Source of the DNA: Vicugna vicugna
Taxonomy: Eukaryota
DNA: 64,000 nucleotides
Direction: 5' to 3'
NCBI GenBank assembly: GCA_013265495.1
Contig: MU058781.1
Coordinates: 3,349,050 to 3,413,049, forward strand
Below are positions 11,691 to 24,500 of this stretch, piece after piece. Every line of letters starts with the position of its first letter. The stretch's first letter is position 1. The notes beneath the pieces were generated by a model. It was given only the letters and a program-made list of their open reading frames with translations. It ran no database searches and had not been told where the DNA came from. The position numbers were made by a program, and so were the translations under genes.

Positions 11691-13872
11691 AGTAAAAGTC
11701 TTTTTGAAACGTGTACTTTCCCATTTTTCCTCAGAGTACAGTAAACCTGATTTTATATTTTCTTGATGCTTCAGGGTCCTTAGTAAAACATTTCTTACTA
11801 TGCCCGCCCTGACTAATGATGCTCACAGGGGCTAATAAAGGGTGTAGGACAATTTGATCTGTTTTGCTTGAAAATCCCCTCCCCTCTTCCCCATTCCTGT
11901 ACCATGCTCCTTCTCCTATCAGGCTACCTCGTGCTTTCTAAATTATATTTCTCTTCTGGGATAGGCTAGGAAACCAGACTACCAAGCCCGTTTAAATTGT
12001 AACCAAAATTAAAGTAAACTAGCTAGGGATGGGAGCTTGGGGAGCCCTCACAATGATTTAACTGCGTGAGTTTTAATGCATGGATTTGTGCCAACCATTC
12101 TGCTGGCTGCATTGCTTTTTTGGCTTCTTGCTTGCTAGAAACTTGACTGCAGCTTAGGCACGTGGTAGCTGTGATGCCTTAAAACGCTGAAAAATGTTTT
12201 AAAGTAACACTTGGAGAGGAAGACAATTTGTTGAATCTATTTCAAATCATTAATAAAGGTGAAGTCCCTCTAATTTAAAATACATTAATATAAAGAAAAA
12301 CATTATCTGAGCTTCCGAATTATTCTCTCATTTAATTGGCTCACCTGCTATTCCATTAGTTTCTTTAAACTGGGAAAAAATTGACACGTATGGAAGATTT
12401 TTCTTCTTTTAGCTTCAGTTCACAATCTGAAGGACTTTTTTTTTCCTTGCATAGTTTTGCTAGGCAACCATGAGCCCAGTATAAATTTTTGCAGTTCATT
12501 TGAGGCAAATGAAAATTTTAACTGAACCTTCTCATAAACTAGCAATGTGAGGCTTGAAAATTGTTTAATGGCCTCATTAGGAAATCAACCTGTGATTTTA
12601 GACGGGTGCATTTGAAAATAACCTTTTAGGTGTATTCCAAATGAACAAGGCCTGGTATACTCTAAAGGAAGCTAGTCCTGTAAAATTCTCACCTCAAATT
12701 TGAAAGCCAAAGACTTTTTTTTTTAACAATCCTTTTTTCTTCTACAAAACTGTTTCTTATCTGTGGTGTCTTGGTAGGAGAATACGACTCTGGATTTTCT
12801 CTGTATCTGGATAAGTCAGTTGTAGGCAGTGTTCATAAGTGGAGACATACAAGTTTTGAATGTGTAATTGACTTACCTGGAAGGTAAAAGTGCCTCTTCT
12901 TAGCTGTGCAAATTAGGAAATGACTCCCTTTTCCATGAACATTTAAGAAGGTAAAAATTCTGCTTTGAGGATGGATGATACAGTAAGTCCCATTAAAGGT
13001 GTGGTTCAAACAAGATTACACAACCTTTGTGTGAAATAGAGGACCTCTAGGAAATAGAGTGGTAGGACTCCTTACATATAACATTCAAAATTTAGAATTT
13101 GTCCCAGCCTGCTTTCCAGCAGCTTTGCTTTTCCTCTCTCACTTTGGTGAATGTTTTTCTTCCAGCCTCATCACTGTGATTGTCTCTAAGGCTCAGTCAT
13201 CTTCCTTTTGTCGTTTCTTGTCCAATTTCATTTCCCTATGAAGCCCTTTCCCTCCCTTGATTTTATACTGAGATCTGTTTAGTTTCTCTCTTGGCTTCTG
13301 ACTTCTTGTCAGTTCTCCAGTTACATATATTCCATTGCCCATAAGGCGTTTTCATTGAGATATCCCAACTCATTCAAAGGATAAGACCACCTCCTCTATC
13401 CCACCTCCCAGCCCAAAGGAGACCCCTTCCCAACCTCCCCATCATGGTTGGGGCATCACTGAAGTTCGGTGCAGAAAGAGATTTGATGTAAGAAATCGAG
13501 TGCCTGTATCACTAGGAGAATGAAAAGGTAATGAAAAGTTAGCTGAATACAGTGGGTGGGTAGTCAGAGTCAGGAAGGAACGCAGCAGAAACTCAGACAC
13601 AGTCCTGAGGATTCAAAAGTGTATGACTGCATTCCCTAGCAAAAATCCTCAAGGGGGAAAAATTGTTAGCGAAAGTGAAAGAAACAGAAGAATCTTAGTT
13701 CCTAACAGTAGAGAGTTCAAGGATAAAACTGACACTGGGGTTCTGGAATCAAAACACTTGGGCAGAGCAAGATTAGCTGTGATTTTTTAATATCAGATTG
13801 GGTGTCTTATGCTCCAGTCTATTTCTAATGCCTACCTCTGTGCCTGGACCAGCGCATGTGCTCAAATCAAAA

Positions 13873-14054
13873 CATACCACAGGGAAATATATACAAGATC
13901 TTGTGGTAGCTCACAGTGAAAAAGAATGCGACAATGAATATAAGTGTGTTTATGTATAACTGAAAAATTGTGCTTTACACTGGAAATAGACACAACATTG
14001 TAAGATGACTATAACTCAATAGAAAAAATTAAAAAAAAAACAAAAACAAAAAAA
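13873..14054 (+). mobile_element. Relatively young L1 3' end with A tail (different subfamily from the 5848 copy)
   Basis: cacagggaaatatatacaagatcttgtggtagctcacagtgaaaaagaa...tgtataactgaaaaattgtgct...cacaacattgtaagatgactataactcaatagaaaaaa plus an A-rich tail. Confidence 0.85.
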
Positions 14055-14999
14055 TTGTCAGAACAGTGAATGAAATCCACCGATAAAATACTCAAAATTT
14101 GCTCATTGACTTGAAGCAGAGCAGACTGTTGAAGTCTGGTGGTTCTTCCTATTGGTGTGAAATTCTGCCAGAAAGGCTCGGGGCACTGGTGCCCAAGCAG
14201 AGTCAGCCTTCGGTGGGGATGTATGTTCCACTGAGATTGAGTGCATCTGGTGAGATCTGTCCCTGGTATTTCTCTAAAAATTTTTGTCACAAGCTATGTG
14301 GATGCTACTTTTAATTCCTATAACTCTCAATAAGTTAAGAGCAGGGTTTATTTTTAAATCCCTTCAGTAACTGTTTCGCTGTTTCAAAAGCCTATTCAGA
14401 TGTTTGTGAAATTTTACCTTCATTTAATTTGATAACTTGGCATTCTGCTGTTAAGATAATAATTTAAAATATTTAAAAACACTTCCTCAGCTTCTTTGAC
14501 CTGTTGAGTAGACCTGTTAAATATTTTTAAGGATTTATTTCAATGATCTGAACCTCAAACACAAACATACAGACCTCTCTTGTTCTTTTAATAGCGTAGA
14601 AAGGAGCTTTCACAGAGCCAGAAGTTTAGAAAAAGCTTAAACTCAGATGTCTCTCAGAATTTGAATTTCATGAAATTCTCTAATCTCCTTTCTTCAAATC
14701 CTTTCCAAGACCCATTATAAGTAAAATAGTGCACTAGACTCCCTTTTAAGAAAAGAAATTCAGATGGCCCCTCATTACGTGAAACTGAAGATTGACTCAC
14801 ATCGCAGGTATCACTTTCTTCTGTTAGAGATTCATGGACTAACTCTCTCAAAAGAACCTTTTAGAATCAGTAACTCAGAAGGGGTTATCATTACTTGGTG
14901 GGAGAACTGGTTGAGTCCTTTGTTCTAGTTCCGATTAACTAGTGGAACTTCCAGCGCAGGTTATCACAGAGCTGACTTCTGCTTCCCTTTTAATCCCAG

Positions 15000-15215
15000 C
15001 CGAAGTCCCACCTTAGGCACCCACCAGGTGACTCCTCCCTCCTCTGAACCCACGGTAGCCTCTCCTCTCTCCCCCGTACCTTGGCCTTGAGCTCGAAAGC
15101 CTTCCCCAGAGACCTGTGCCTTCATTTGCCCTTTGTGTTCTGCAAATGCCAGGGCCGCCTGCCATCCTTCTCATCCTGCACGTAGTAAATACATAGCAAA
15201 TGTCTGTTCATGACG
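15000..15215 (+). mobile_element. L2 3' end fragment
   Basis: cctgcacgtagtaaatacatagcaaatgtctgttcatga resembles the L2 terminus; C-rich upstream. Confidence 0.5.
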
Positions 15216-17192
15216 TTTTATGGTCAGTGATGTAGTGCTGTCGGTTACTATTTGTCTCATCAAGGCGGAATAGCTGTCTTTGGGAAGCACCGGGGAAAAC
15301 GAGCAGTTAAGGCCGCTGAGTTAACCGGTGGACAGTCTTTTGTGCTGAGGATGTGAAACTTCCTTTGCAAAGCCTGGAAATATGAGGCGTTAGATTTTGG
15401 GTTGGTTTGCTTCTGCTCTGTTTTTCTTCAGTAAGTACAGAAGATAAAAAGTAATTTTTCAAGATGTACCAAGGAATCAAGTTAATGGAATGTGCCTACT
15501 ACCTAAAGCTAGTCCAGGGCCTTCATGATAAAGATGCTTAGTTTTTGGTGATGGAATGTGTAAACGAGATTTGGACCCAAGCCATCCTAATTTAGAGGTT
15601 CCACATAAAATGGTACTTTCCAAAGGTGCCTCACTGGTAGGTTTAAATTATTGGGATTAAGGCATCCATATACCTTTTCCTTCATCCTCTTTTGTCCAAA
15701 ATAAAGGTAAAGTAAGTCTGGTTTCTGTAGTCAGTAATTCCTGTGGTTTGAATCCTATGCTATTGTATTGTATGAAGATGTGGTAATAATGCACAGGTGG
15801 CCCATGTACGTGGGGACTGGGACTGGGAATGGGTGAGTCTGTTCCTGGTTCATCCACCTGGGCCAAGAGGCCTTGTCTCTCCAGAAGTCTGAAATTGAGA
15901 GAGCAGGCTCCAGGGGGTGGGAGAGGAAAATACATCTCTTGGACTTGCCTATGAAGCATCAGCCAGAGAGCCTGCTTGGGCCCCTTGGGACTGGAAGGGG
16001 TGATGTGTCGCAAGACATGCTAAGGAAAATAAGAGGAGGAAGTTTTGTCCCTCCTGGGCCCTGAGCATTAAAAATGGAGCAATGTCCCCTGAAGGCAATG
16101 GGGAGCAGTAACCACTGTCAGAGAGAAAGCTGGACGTTAGTTACAGGCGAGAAGAAAGATTTTGTTCCTTGCTATTGCAGTCGTAGTACCCAGTGTAACC
16201 TGAGCTCAGTTTCATGGCAACAAAAGGCAGGAGGCCTTTTAAACACTGGGTGTGTTAACAGAAAAGCCCTAAAGGCGGGTCACAGATGTGATCAGGCCGT
16301 CTGTGTCTGTTCACGGGCTCTGATGGAAGTTCAGCTCCTACACGCCACAGGAACTGAGAGACAGGGGCTCTGTTCTTTTTGATGATTGCATTTCAAAGGA
16401 ATGGCTTCCATGTCCTTGAGAAAGACACTCTTGGGTTGTAGAAGATACATATATGTCTGTCTCTGTCTCAGAGGGACAGAGAAAGGATTTACTGTTGTAA
16501 GCTTTCTCAAGTAAATGCCTGAAGAAAGGGGAGTCCAGGGGCCTGTGTCAGGTGTTGGCTGGACGAGCAGTACGTTCTCTGGCAGCACTGAGGTTTCTCA
16601 AGAGGCACTTTGTTGGGGGCTGGAGTCATCATCCAAGAGACACGGCCTTGAGTTGCTAGAAACTATGTGTGTTTCTTCAAGTCTCTTAATGTCGAGGGTG
16701 GATGAAATTGTGTTGAAAATTGAGTTCGTTGAGGCCCAAGTCAAGAAGAGGCTCAGGGGAGCCTGACTAGAGTTTGGTCAAGGAGAGAGTCCTTGTGACC
16801 ACTCTGGGAGAAACTGCAAGGGGGAAATGAAGTGGACGTCAGTGGGGCTGGTCCAGCGTTGCTTCCACTGGTTACCTTGGCGCCTCCAAGTGTGGTTAAT
16901 GAGGAAAATGTCATTTCCTTGTTCTGACAACAAGAATTTGTTAAGTGACTTGTGATGAAATGTGCCACTTCTGCCTGAGATTTTCTTCTCTGTAAAGTCG
17001 AACTTTAGCTTTTGAGCAAGTTGGGACTCAGCGTTCCACATCCAAGGTTATGTTGATTCTCACATACCATAAGTTTCCTCAGATCAAAGATCAAAAGTGT
17101 GACCATGACATGGACCCCTGAAATGCTTTTTTTTACATGAAAACCACAGTTTTATACTTAGGCCATTTTTGTGTTTGTGTGTGTGTGTGTGT

Positions 17193-17780
17193 TTTTAATT
17201 GAAGTGTAATTGATTTACAATGTTAGTTTCAGGTATACAGCAAAGCGATTCATTTATACATATATACTTTTTTTTTCAGGTTCTTTTCTATTATATGTTA
17301 TTATAAGAAACTGAATATAGTTCCCTGTGCTATACAGTAGATCCTTGTTGTTTATCTGTTTTATATATAGTAATGTGTATCTGTTAATCTCAAACTCCTA
17401 ATTTATCCCTCCCCTGCCCTTTCCCCTTTGGAGAACATAGTTTCTATGTCTGTAAGTCTATTTTTGGTTTATAAATAGGATTTGTATCATTTTGTTTTTT
17501 AGATTCCACACATAAGTGACATCATATGATATTTGTTTTTCTTTATCTAATTTACTTCACTTCATATGATAAACTCTAGGTCCATCCACGTGGCTGCAAA
17601 TGGCATTAATTCATTCTTTTTTGTTATGGTCGAGCAGCATTCCATTGTATAAATATACCACATCTTTATCCAGTCATCTGTCGATGGACATTGAGGTGGT
17701 TTCCATGTCTTGGCTATTGTAAATAGTGCTGCTGTGAACACTGGGGTGGGAGGTGTTGTTTCGAATTATAGTTTTCTCCA
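17193..17780 (-). mobile_element. L1 3' end, antisense, preceded by (TG)8 at 17176-17191
   Basis: ttttaattgaagtgtaattgatttacaatgttagtttcagg...tagttccctgtgctatacagtag...agattccacacataagtga...tggctattgtaaatagtgctgctgtgaaca; reverse complement of the family at 5848-6265. Confidence 0.93.
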
Positions 17781-17932
17781 CATTTAGTTTTGAAAGAAAT
17801 ATCAGGAAGGTTTATTTTGCCATTTGTCTCCCCCCCCCCTTTTTTTTTTTGCCACAGAGCTTGAAGCTTTATTCCTTCTTCAACTTATGAGAAAACTAAT
17901 TTTTGAAGTTTTTTTTCTTGGACCTTCTACAG

Positions 17933-18120
17933 CAGGGGTTAGCAAACTATGACCCGCAGGCCAAATCCACCTCCCACCCTGTTTTTGTAAGTGTTGTTTT
18001 ATTGGAATACAGCCACCTTGCTCATCTGCGTACTGTCTGCGGCTGCTGTGACAAGAGTCGGGTACTTTCCACAAAACTGTGGCTGTCTGGCCCTTTGCAG
18101 AAAACATTTGCCAACACCTG
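17933..18120 (+). mobile_element. MER58A-like hAT-Charlie element
   Basis: Terminal inverted repeats caggggttagcaaact and catttgccaacacctg; degenerate 8-bp flanks ttctacag / ctctgcat. Confidence 0.88.
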
Positions 18121-18755
18121 CTCTGCATATTCACAATCTAATTCTTTGCATTAGAAATATATTCTATTTTAAACATGGGGTTGAAAAGCTTTCAGAGTCC
18201 ATACTTTCTACCTTTGAATTCAATTGTATTTTTCCCCCCAAATTTTCATTTGAGGATTTCAAGTTGAATGAACAGCATTGTTTCAAGGCCCTTTGAAGCT
18301 TCAAAGAAAGAGACCCAAGTGCATTCCAGTAGCCAGATTTCCTTGTAAACTAGAAACTTTGGCTCATAAAATTAAACGCTTTCATTACACAAAATAGAGA
18401 CAGATTTGCATTGAAGCTACTGTCCTCCATGAATCATAAAGAGATACATGGATACGTTTCTATTTTTGAAAATAATGTAAAAATTACAGCAACAGCAAAC
18501 CTTTTTTTTTCCAAAAATGTAATCTTATTATTCATCCTTTCCATAAAATTTATCCCTACTTTTCCTCTATAAAGAAATCAAGTCCTATAATCCCAAAGGG
18601 TCAAAGAGGCCTTTAGCTTATATTATTTCTGCGACCCGAGGTGAAGAAATGGCAACTTTTAAAAGCATTTAAGCTCATAGCCAAATATTAGATGCTAGAT
18701 ATTAGATTCTCATTAATTCCCCTCTCCCTGAGTCTTGACATCTTAAAGGTAAGCT

Positions 18756-19470
18756 CATCTCCTCACACCCATTAGGATGGCTATTAAAAAAAAAAAGGGC
18801 AGAAATAACATGTTGTAAGGATGTGGAGAAATTGGAGCCCTTGTGCACTCTTGGTAGAAATGTAAAATGGTGCAGCCACTCTGGAAAATAGTATGGTGGT
18901 TCCTCAAAATATTAAACTTAAAACTACCACATACATGATCCAGCCATTCCACTTCTGGGTATATACCCAGGAGAACTGAAGCAGAATCTCAAAGAGATTA
19001 TTTGCATACACATGATCATAGCAGCATTAGTCACAATAGCCAAGAGGCAGAAGCAACCCAAGTGCCCATCAACAGATAAATGGATAAACAAAACATGCTA
19101 TATACAGACCATGGAATATTTATTCAGCTTTAAAAAGGAAGTCCTGTCACATGCTGCAACGTGGATATACCTTGCTAAGTGAAATAAGCCAGTTACAAAA
19201 AAGAAATATTGTATGCTTTCATTTATATGAGGTACCCAGAGTAGTCAGATTCCTAGATACAGAAGGTAGAATAGTGGTTGCCAGGGGCTGTGGGGAGAGA
19301 GGAGTGGGGAGTTTCAATGTTTAATGGGTATAGAGTTTCAGTTTTACAAGATGAAAATATTTGTTACACAACAATATGAATATGCTTAACACTACTGAAC
19401 CGTACCCTTGGAAGTGGTTAAGATGGTAAATTTCAAATGATATGTGTATTTTTCCATAATTAAAAAAATA
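18756..19470 (+). mobile_element. L1MB-like 3' fragment (end of ORF2 plus 3' UTR)
   Basis: cacacccattaggatggcta...aggatgtggagaaattggagccctt...ccattccacttctgggtatatacccag...cacaatagccaagaggcagaagcaacccaagtgcccatc...gtggttaagatggtaaattt. Confidence 0.93.
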
Positions 19471-19874
19471 CTAAGCTGATGGCATCCCTGGGCTAATAGT
19501 TTTGACAGAAAGTGTAACAAAGTCCAGACCGTTTCTGTTGAGGCCCTGTCTTCATGGTTTCACAGCAGTTCATTTATCGAGTTAGCTCTGTCAGGTGACA
19601 GCATGTTTTAATAGGGAGAGAAATCAAATCAAGCTGATTGATCTGTTTTCGTGACTCGTTCTGTAATATTGTACAGACACAACCTCAGGCAAGATTTTCT
19701 GTTAACTTAGTGATGAGGTGCCACCACGCCCTCTGTTTGTGGGTTGGCAAGGAAGAAAGAAAAGTGGGTTGATCGTTGACTTCGCCTTTGAACACCATTG
19801 CTGTCAACTGGGTTCCCATCAGTACCACAGCCATCGAATACTTCCTCCCCTCGCCAGTCAAGCCCGGGTGGTAG

Positions 19875-20620
19875 TGTTGCTGAAACTCGGCCTCTGTACC
19901 CCGCGTGCCAAATTGAGATGCAAGGACAGAGTTTTGGATAAAGTAGAAAAGGCAGCTTTATTTCTTGGTCAGGCAAAGGAGTTGGGCTAATGCCTCCAAG
20001 ACTGTGAGCCTGCTGGGGAGAGAAGGTGGGGGGTTATAGTAGGAGTTTAAGGGAAAGCACTGTTTTCCACAGAGATCACATACAGGGTAACAATTTGTTG
20101 CAAAGTTGTCCTTGTTTTTGCAGATTCAGGGGTCTCCTTCCCTCTGCTGGGTGTGGTGTTCACCTCTGGCTTTGGAACTTTTCTAATATTCTTGTGCCTG
20201 GAACAAAGGCTTAGGCAAGGGGTCTGTGGAAATGTGCTCTAGGGAAAGACTTGTGCAGTTTAAAGTCAGGCTGATAGATGCTCCTAGCAGTTTAGGCAGG
20301 CGGAGGCCTGAGACCTCTTGCTGCAGTGTTTGCTCAGGCTGGGACAACAGAACACAGAGAAATCATAAGGGGCTAAAAATAGCTGCAGACTTGAGTAGGT
20401 GGGGTGAGTTATGAAAAACAAGATGCACACAACACCCAGCTGCTGTCTCTGAGGTACTGGGAGTGCAATGAGGGGCATGGGCAGATCACCCGAGCAGCCC
20501 CCCGCCCCCGCCGCTCCAGCCCAGTCCTCGTCGGCAAGAGCGTGAGGAAAACCGTTTCAGCCATTTTACAGTTAAGCAGTTACAAACTCCACTACAGCTA
20601 TCAGATGGTCACTCGTGACA
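19875..20620 (-). mobile_element. ERV (ERV1-type) solo LTR, 746 bp, antisense to PHACTR1
   Basis: The minus strand starts TGTCACGAG and ends TTCAGCAACA (TG...CA). An identical 4-bp TSD GTAG flanks it at 19871-19874 and 20621-20624. AATAAA on the minus strand at 19957-19962; TATA-like sequences at about 20034-20050. Confidence 0.8.
20373..20382. promoter_or_regulatory. Perfect MEF2 consensus site CTAAAAATAG within the solo LTR
   Basis: ggCTAAAAATAGct matches CTA(A/T)4TAG; motif match only, function untested. Confidence 0.45.
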
Positions 20621-22094
20621 GTAGAGTCCTGCTTGGTTAACAGTACTAAGACTCAGAATCTGAATTCTGAAGTGCTGCTGTGGTCCAGCATGTACTCAAA
20701 TCAACCCATCACTGAGAGTCAATCCCTAGAATTGAGAAACTGCTGGACACCTTTATGGGGGAAAAAATTTTTCCATTTGTGATATCATAAAGAATCAGCC
20801 TCAAGCAAATGAAAGAAATTGAATTCTGCTATTTTCATTTGTGAATTAAGGGTTGCACATTTGTCAGCTTTCACTAGGCGTGCTACAGTTACTTCAAAAG
20901 ACACACAGAAGTACCCATCAGAAACAAAACTCAGAAGTCGCCATCACAAAGGATGAATGGAGAAGACCGAGCATTCATTGAAGGGAGCAGCGTGACGCGT
21001 GTCACATTCACTGCCTTGTCATAACTGGGAGGACTTGTGGCATCTGGAAGAACAAGCAGTGCCTCAAGGAAAGCTTTGAGTAGCTTCTAGACCTCTCCTC
21101 CTCATTGCATATGTTATGAGATTTCTCGTTATATTTTTCAGTTTTTCCAGTTGCTGTTTGGGTAGATAATTTGAGTCACACACCTGCTATTCAAACACTC
21201 TGGGATTTTTTTCAGGGATAATATCCAAGTACTTAAGGTTGATTTTTTCCCCCCATAATACAGATTAATATTTCAGTTCTCCTGTTTGAAGAGAATGGCT
21301 ATTTGGCCATAATGTTTTTATCGTTAGCTGGCAAATGCTCAGATGAAGTAGCCAAACCCTGTCTGTTTCTGAGTGAAGCATCTTTTATGCAAAAGGAGAA
21401 GATTGAGACAGGAGTGAAAAAAATACTTGGTGTGCAGACTAGGAAAGGATGTTCTTAAATTACTTGGACTTTTTCTTAGATTTGGAAGAGTTTGTTATTT
21501 AATTATGTGTAATATACATCTGTTTTTCATGAGCATTTCTGCCCTGCTATGGTGTAAAAGTCGTGATATAGCTCAATATTTCCAGGATGGGCATCAAAAT
21601 CTATAACAAATCTGCATGTTTCTTACCTGTGTAGTTCTCTCCACTTGAAATGACCGATGAGAAGTAACTGCACAGATATCTCCCTTCCTAAACACGGCTA
21701 TTACTTATCCCACGCATATAAAAGAAGAGAGAAATTATAAATTTGTGTGTGACTCTATGTTTCCTCTGGCCAGTTTAACTTCTTCCTAAAGTGCAGAGTG
21801 AGCGTAAAAACCATCACAGTGTATTGAGTTCCGTGCGCAAGGCGGTATGCTTTGTCTGTGTATGTGAAACCTCATTCGATGACAATTAAACTTAATAAAA
21901 TCATTTAAGAAATGATCATAGTTTACAAGCTACAAAATTTTGCCTAGTAAACAGCAACAATTATATCTTTAGTTCTTCTGTGTGTGCACTGTGGCCTATC
22001 TGCACATGTTTATTTATGGATGGTCTGGATAAGCTGTGAGGCATATTCGTAGCTTTTAAAGTCTTCGATGGGCAGCCTTCACATGCGGGAATCG

Positions 22095-22255
22095 ACGGCT
22101 GGAGTTCAAGTCCAGTTTTGTACCTTGGGCAAGTTACTTCACATCTTCTTTGTCTGAAAAGTGGAGATAGTAGTACCAACTCTCTGGAGTTGTTTTGGAA
22201 CTTACGTAAAGTACTACATGAAAAGCACACAGAGCAGCTCCTAATGCACGGTGTT
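22095..22255 (+). mobile_element. MIR SINE
   Basis: gtaccttgggcaagttacttcacatctt...tctgaaaagtggagatagtagtacc. Confidence 0.75.
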
Positions 22256-23774
22256 ACCATGGCAATGGAAGGGCGCAATCAGGACTTCACACAGAATGTC
22301 CCTTTCAGGCAAAACGTTTGTCTGAGAAGAACTTTGACATAAATACACATAGTTAAGAGTTTTAAAATTTGTGTTCAAAATCATTAGTTGACTTTAGTTC
22401 TGACCGTGGTTAATAAGAGCAAATAAAAACCCTCCATCTAACGCTGACATCTTTCTCTGTCTTACAGAGTGTCAGAGAACTAAGATTTTAAAACCTAAAC
22501 CTCTTAACACTGCCTTTAAAAGACTTCATTGCAGCAGAGTTGATCTGCCCATGAGTGGAAAAACAAGCAATGAAGCAGGCGACCTTATTTCCATTAACTT
22601 GGCACCTCAAAACCCTTTGAACAAGGACCCTATTATCTTTGAGGTAACAGGTGGTAGCTGGGGTGTTAAGCTGTTCTGGGCAGGATTTCAGATTTCCATT
22701 CTTCAGTGCTTCAGGCAGTACACTTCTCTCATAAAGCGATCAATAATAATTAGGTGTCTGGAATGAAATACAGTACAGCATTATGCTTCCTACATCTGGA
22801 AGAGAAACTCACTTAACTAGCTCTAAATCAATGACTTTTCTTTTTATTCCTGTGTTGAGAGCTTGCTAGAGGTAGCAGGGAACACGGTGGAAATGTGAAT
22901 TGTGGCTCTGTGCACTATCAGAAAAACATAAGATGTTATTACACACTTTCCTACAAGTCACAGAAGCAAACCCCAAAGCACTGAACCTTTATTTCTAACA
23001 TAAACACTTCGATCACATTGCCTTCTCTATCACTCTAAGGCCACCTGTTTCACATTTAATGAAAACGTCTCTCGTAATAGGTGGAATATGGGTGAAAGGA
23101 CAAAGTGAAGGTTGTAAACAGAGCTCAACATAAATTGTTTTTCAGATCTTAGTTTGATTAAATCATGTCCTACCAGGTTCCCATAAGAGGGGACCAGTAA
23201 ATGGAGAAGGACTTACTTCTTTTGTGTCCTGTCAACCTCAGAAGAGAAAACTGATGGTTGCTCTGTTAGAACTTGGACTGAAGTTTCCTGTGCAGATTGA
23301 GGTAAAGAGAGAGAGAAGTTGGAATCTGCAAATATAACATCAGCTTTCCTCAGTGCCTTCCCACTGTTGAGTCTGATCCTCGCAAAACCACTCTCCCCTC
23401 AGTTGCTTCTTCCTGATCACTCCAACAACAGCCCACCTTGTTTCCAAAAATCAGAATCCTAACTTCTGCAAAATTTCTCACCTCTAAAACTTCCTGCCAA
23501 CTTTCTCCCCGTGAAACTTCGGGTCCCTGTCCTGCTAAGAGACTTGCAGGCATGAAGAGCCATCCTTCTATACTCATAATCCAACCTATTTGAATAAATG
23601 ACCAGGAAGGGACTTGTGGCTTTTATTGCCTTATAATTGCACCTTCTTTCATTAGCAGGAGTTAGTCTGCTGGCCAGCGATGTCATTTCACTATATGGTG
23701 GCTGGGTTTTTTATTCCTCTTCAGAGACCATTGCAACAGTAAAAAGAGAAGCAGAGTTAGTAAGAATGTCGTTT

Positions 23775-24145
23775 TAGTGTTTTGCTTTGGAAAATGAAAC
23801 TCACATTAAATGAAAATGCATTAAGCATCATTGTACAGTTTAACAGATGGTTATAAAATGACCACCATGTAACTGCTGCCAAATCAGAAAAAATACATAC
23901 ACATATTGACAGTGTCCGGAAGCTCCTGAATGTGCCTGAGAGATTCCCTCCCAACCAGATGTGGCCACTGTCCTAATTTTTTGTTGTCAAAATACCCTTT
24001 TCTTTGTAGCTTTTAAGTTGAGAGAGGTGCATCTCTAAACCACACATGTAGTTTTGCCAGAGTTTGAATTTGATGGAAATGGAATCACAATATATCTGTT
24101 CTGTCTTGCTTTTTTCCCTCAACATTACTTGAAAGATTCATTTTG
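23775..24145 (-). mobile_element. Old L1 (L1ME-like) 3' fragment
   Basis: gtacagtttaac...caccatgtaactgctgccaaatcag...tgaatttgatggaaatggaatcacaata...tcaacattacttgaaagattcatt. Confidence 0.7.
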
Positions 24146-24154
24146 TGTGTTTTA

Positions 24155-24500
24155 CTTTTTATTTTGAAAATTTTTCAAACATTAAGAGACACTGAGAGAA
24201 TTGTAGAGTATTATTGTACAATTGTATCGTGATAAAGCCATCACCTAACAGTTACTAAGATTTGGCCGTATTTTTTCCCCCTGATGTGTTTTAAGGTAGA
24301 TTGCAGACAGCTCTAATAATTCATCAATAAATACTCAGGAAAATATCCTGTATAAACCCAAGACTGTTATCAAATATTGCAAAACTAAGAATAATTCCCT
24401 AACATCATCTAATATCCAGCCCATATTTATATTTTCCCAACTGACCCCAAAATGCTTTTACAGCTAGTTTGTTCAGACCAGGATTGGATCAAGATCCACG
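24155..24500 (-). mobile_element. L1MC-like 3' fragment
   Basis: ttttattttgaaaatttttcaaacat...aataattccctaacatcatctaatatccagcccatattta...caggattggatcaagatccac. Confidence 0.7.

Noticed and set aside
12990..12999. CArG box CCATTAAAGG (SRF/MRTF feedback idea)
   Set aside because: A single 10-mer; several are expected by chance in 64 kb of AT-rich DNA.
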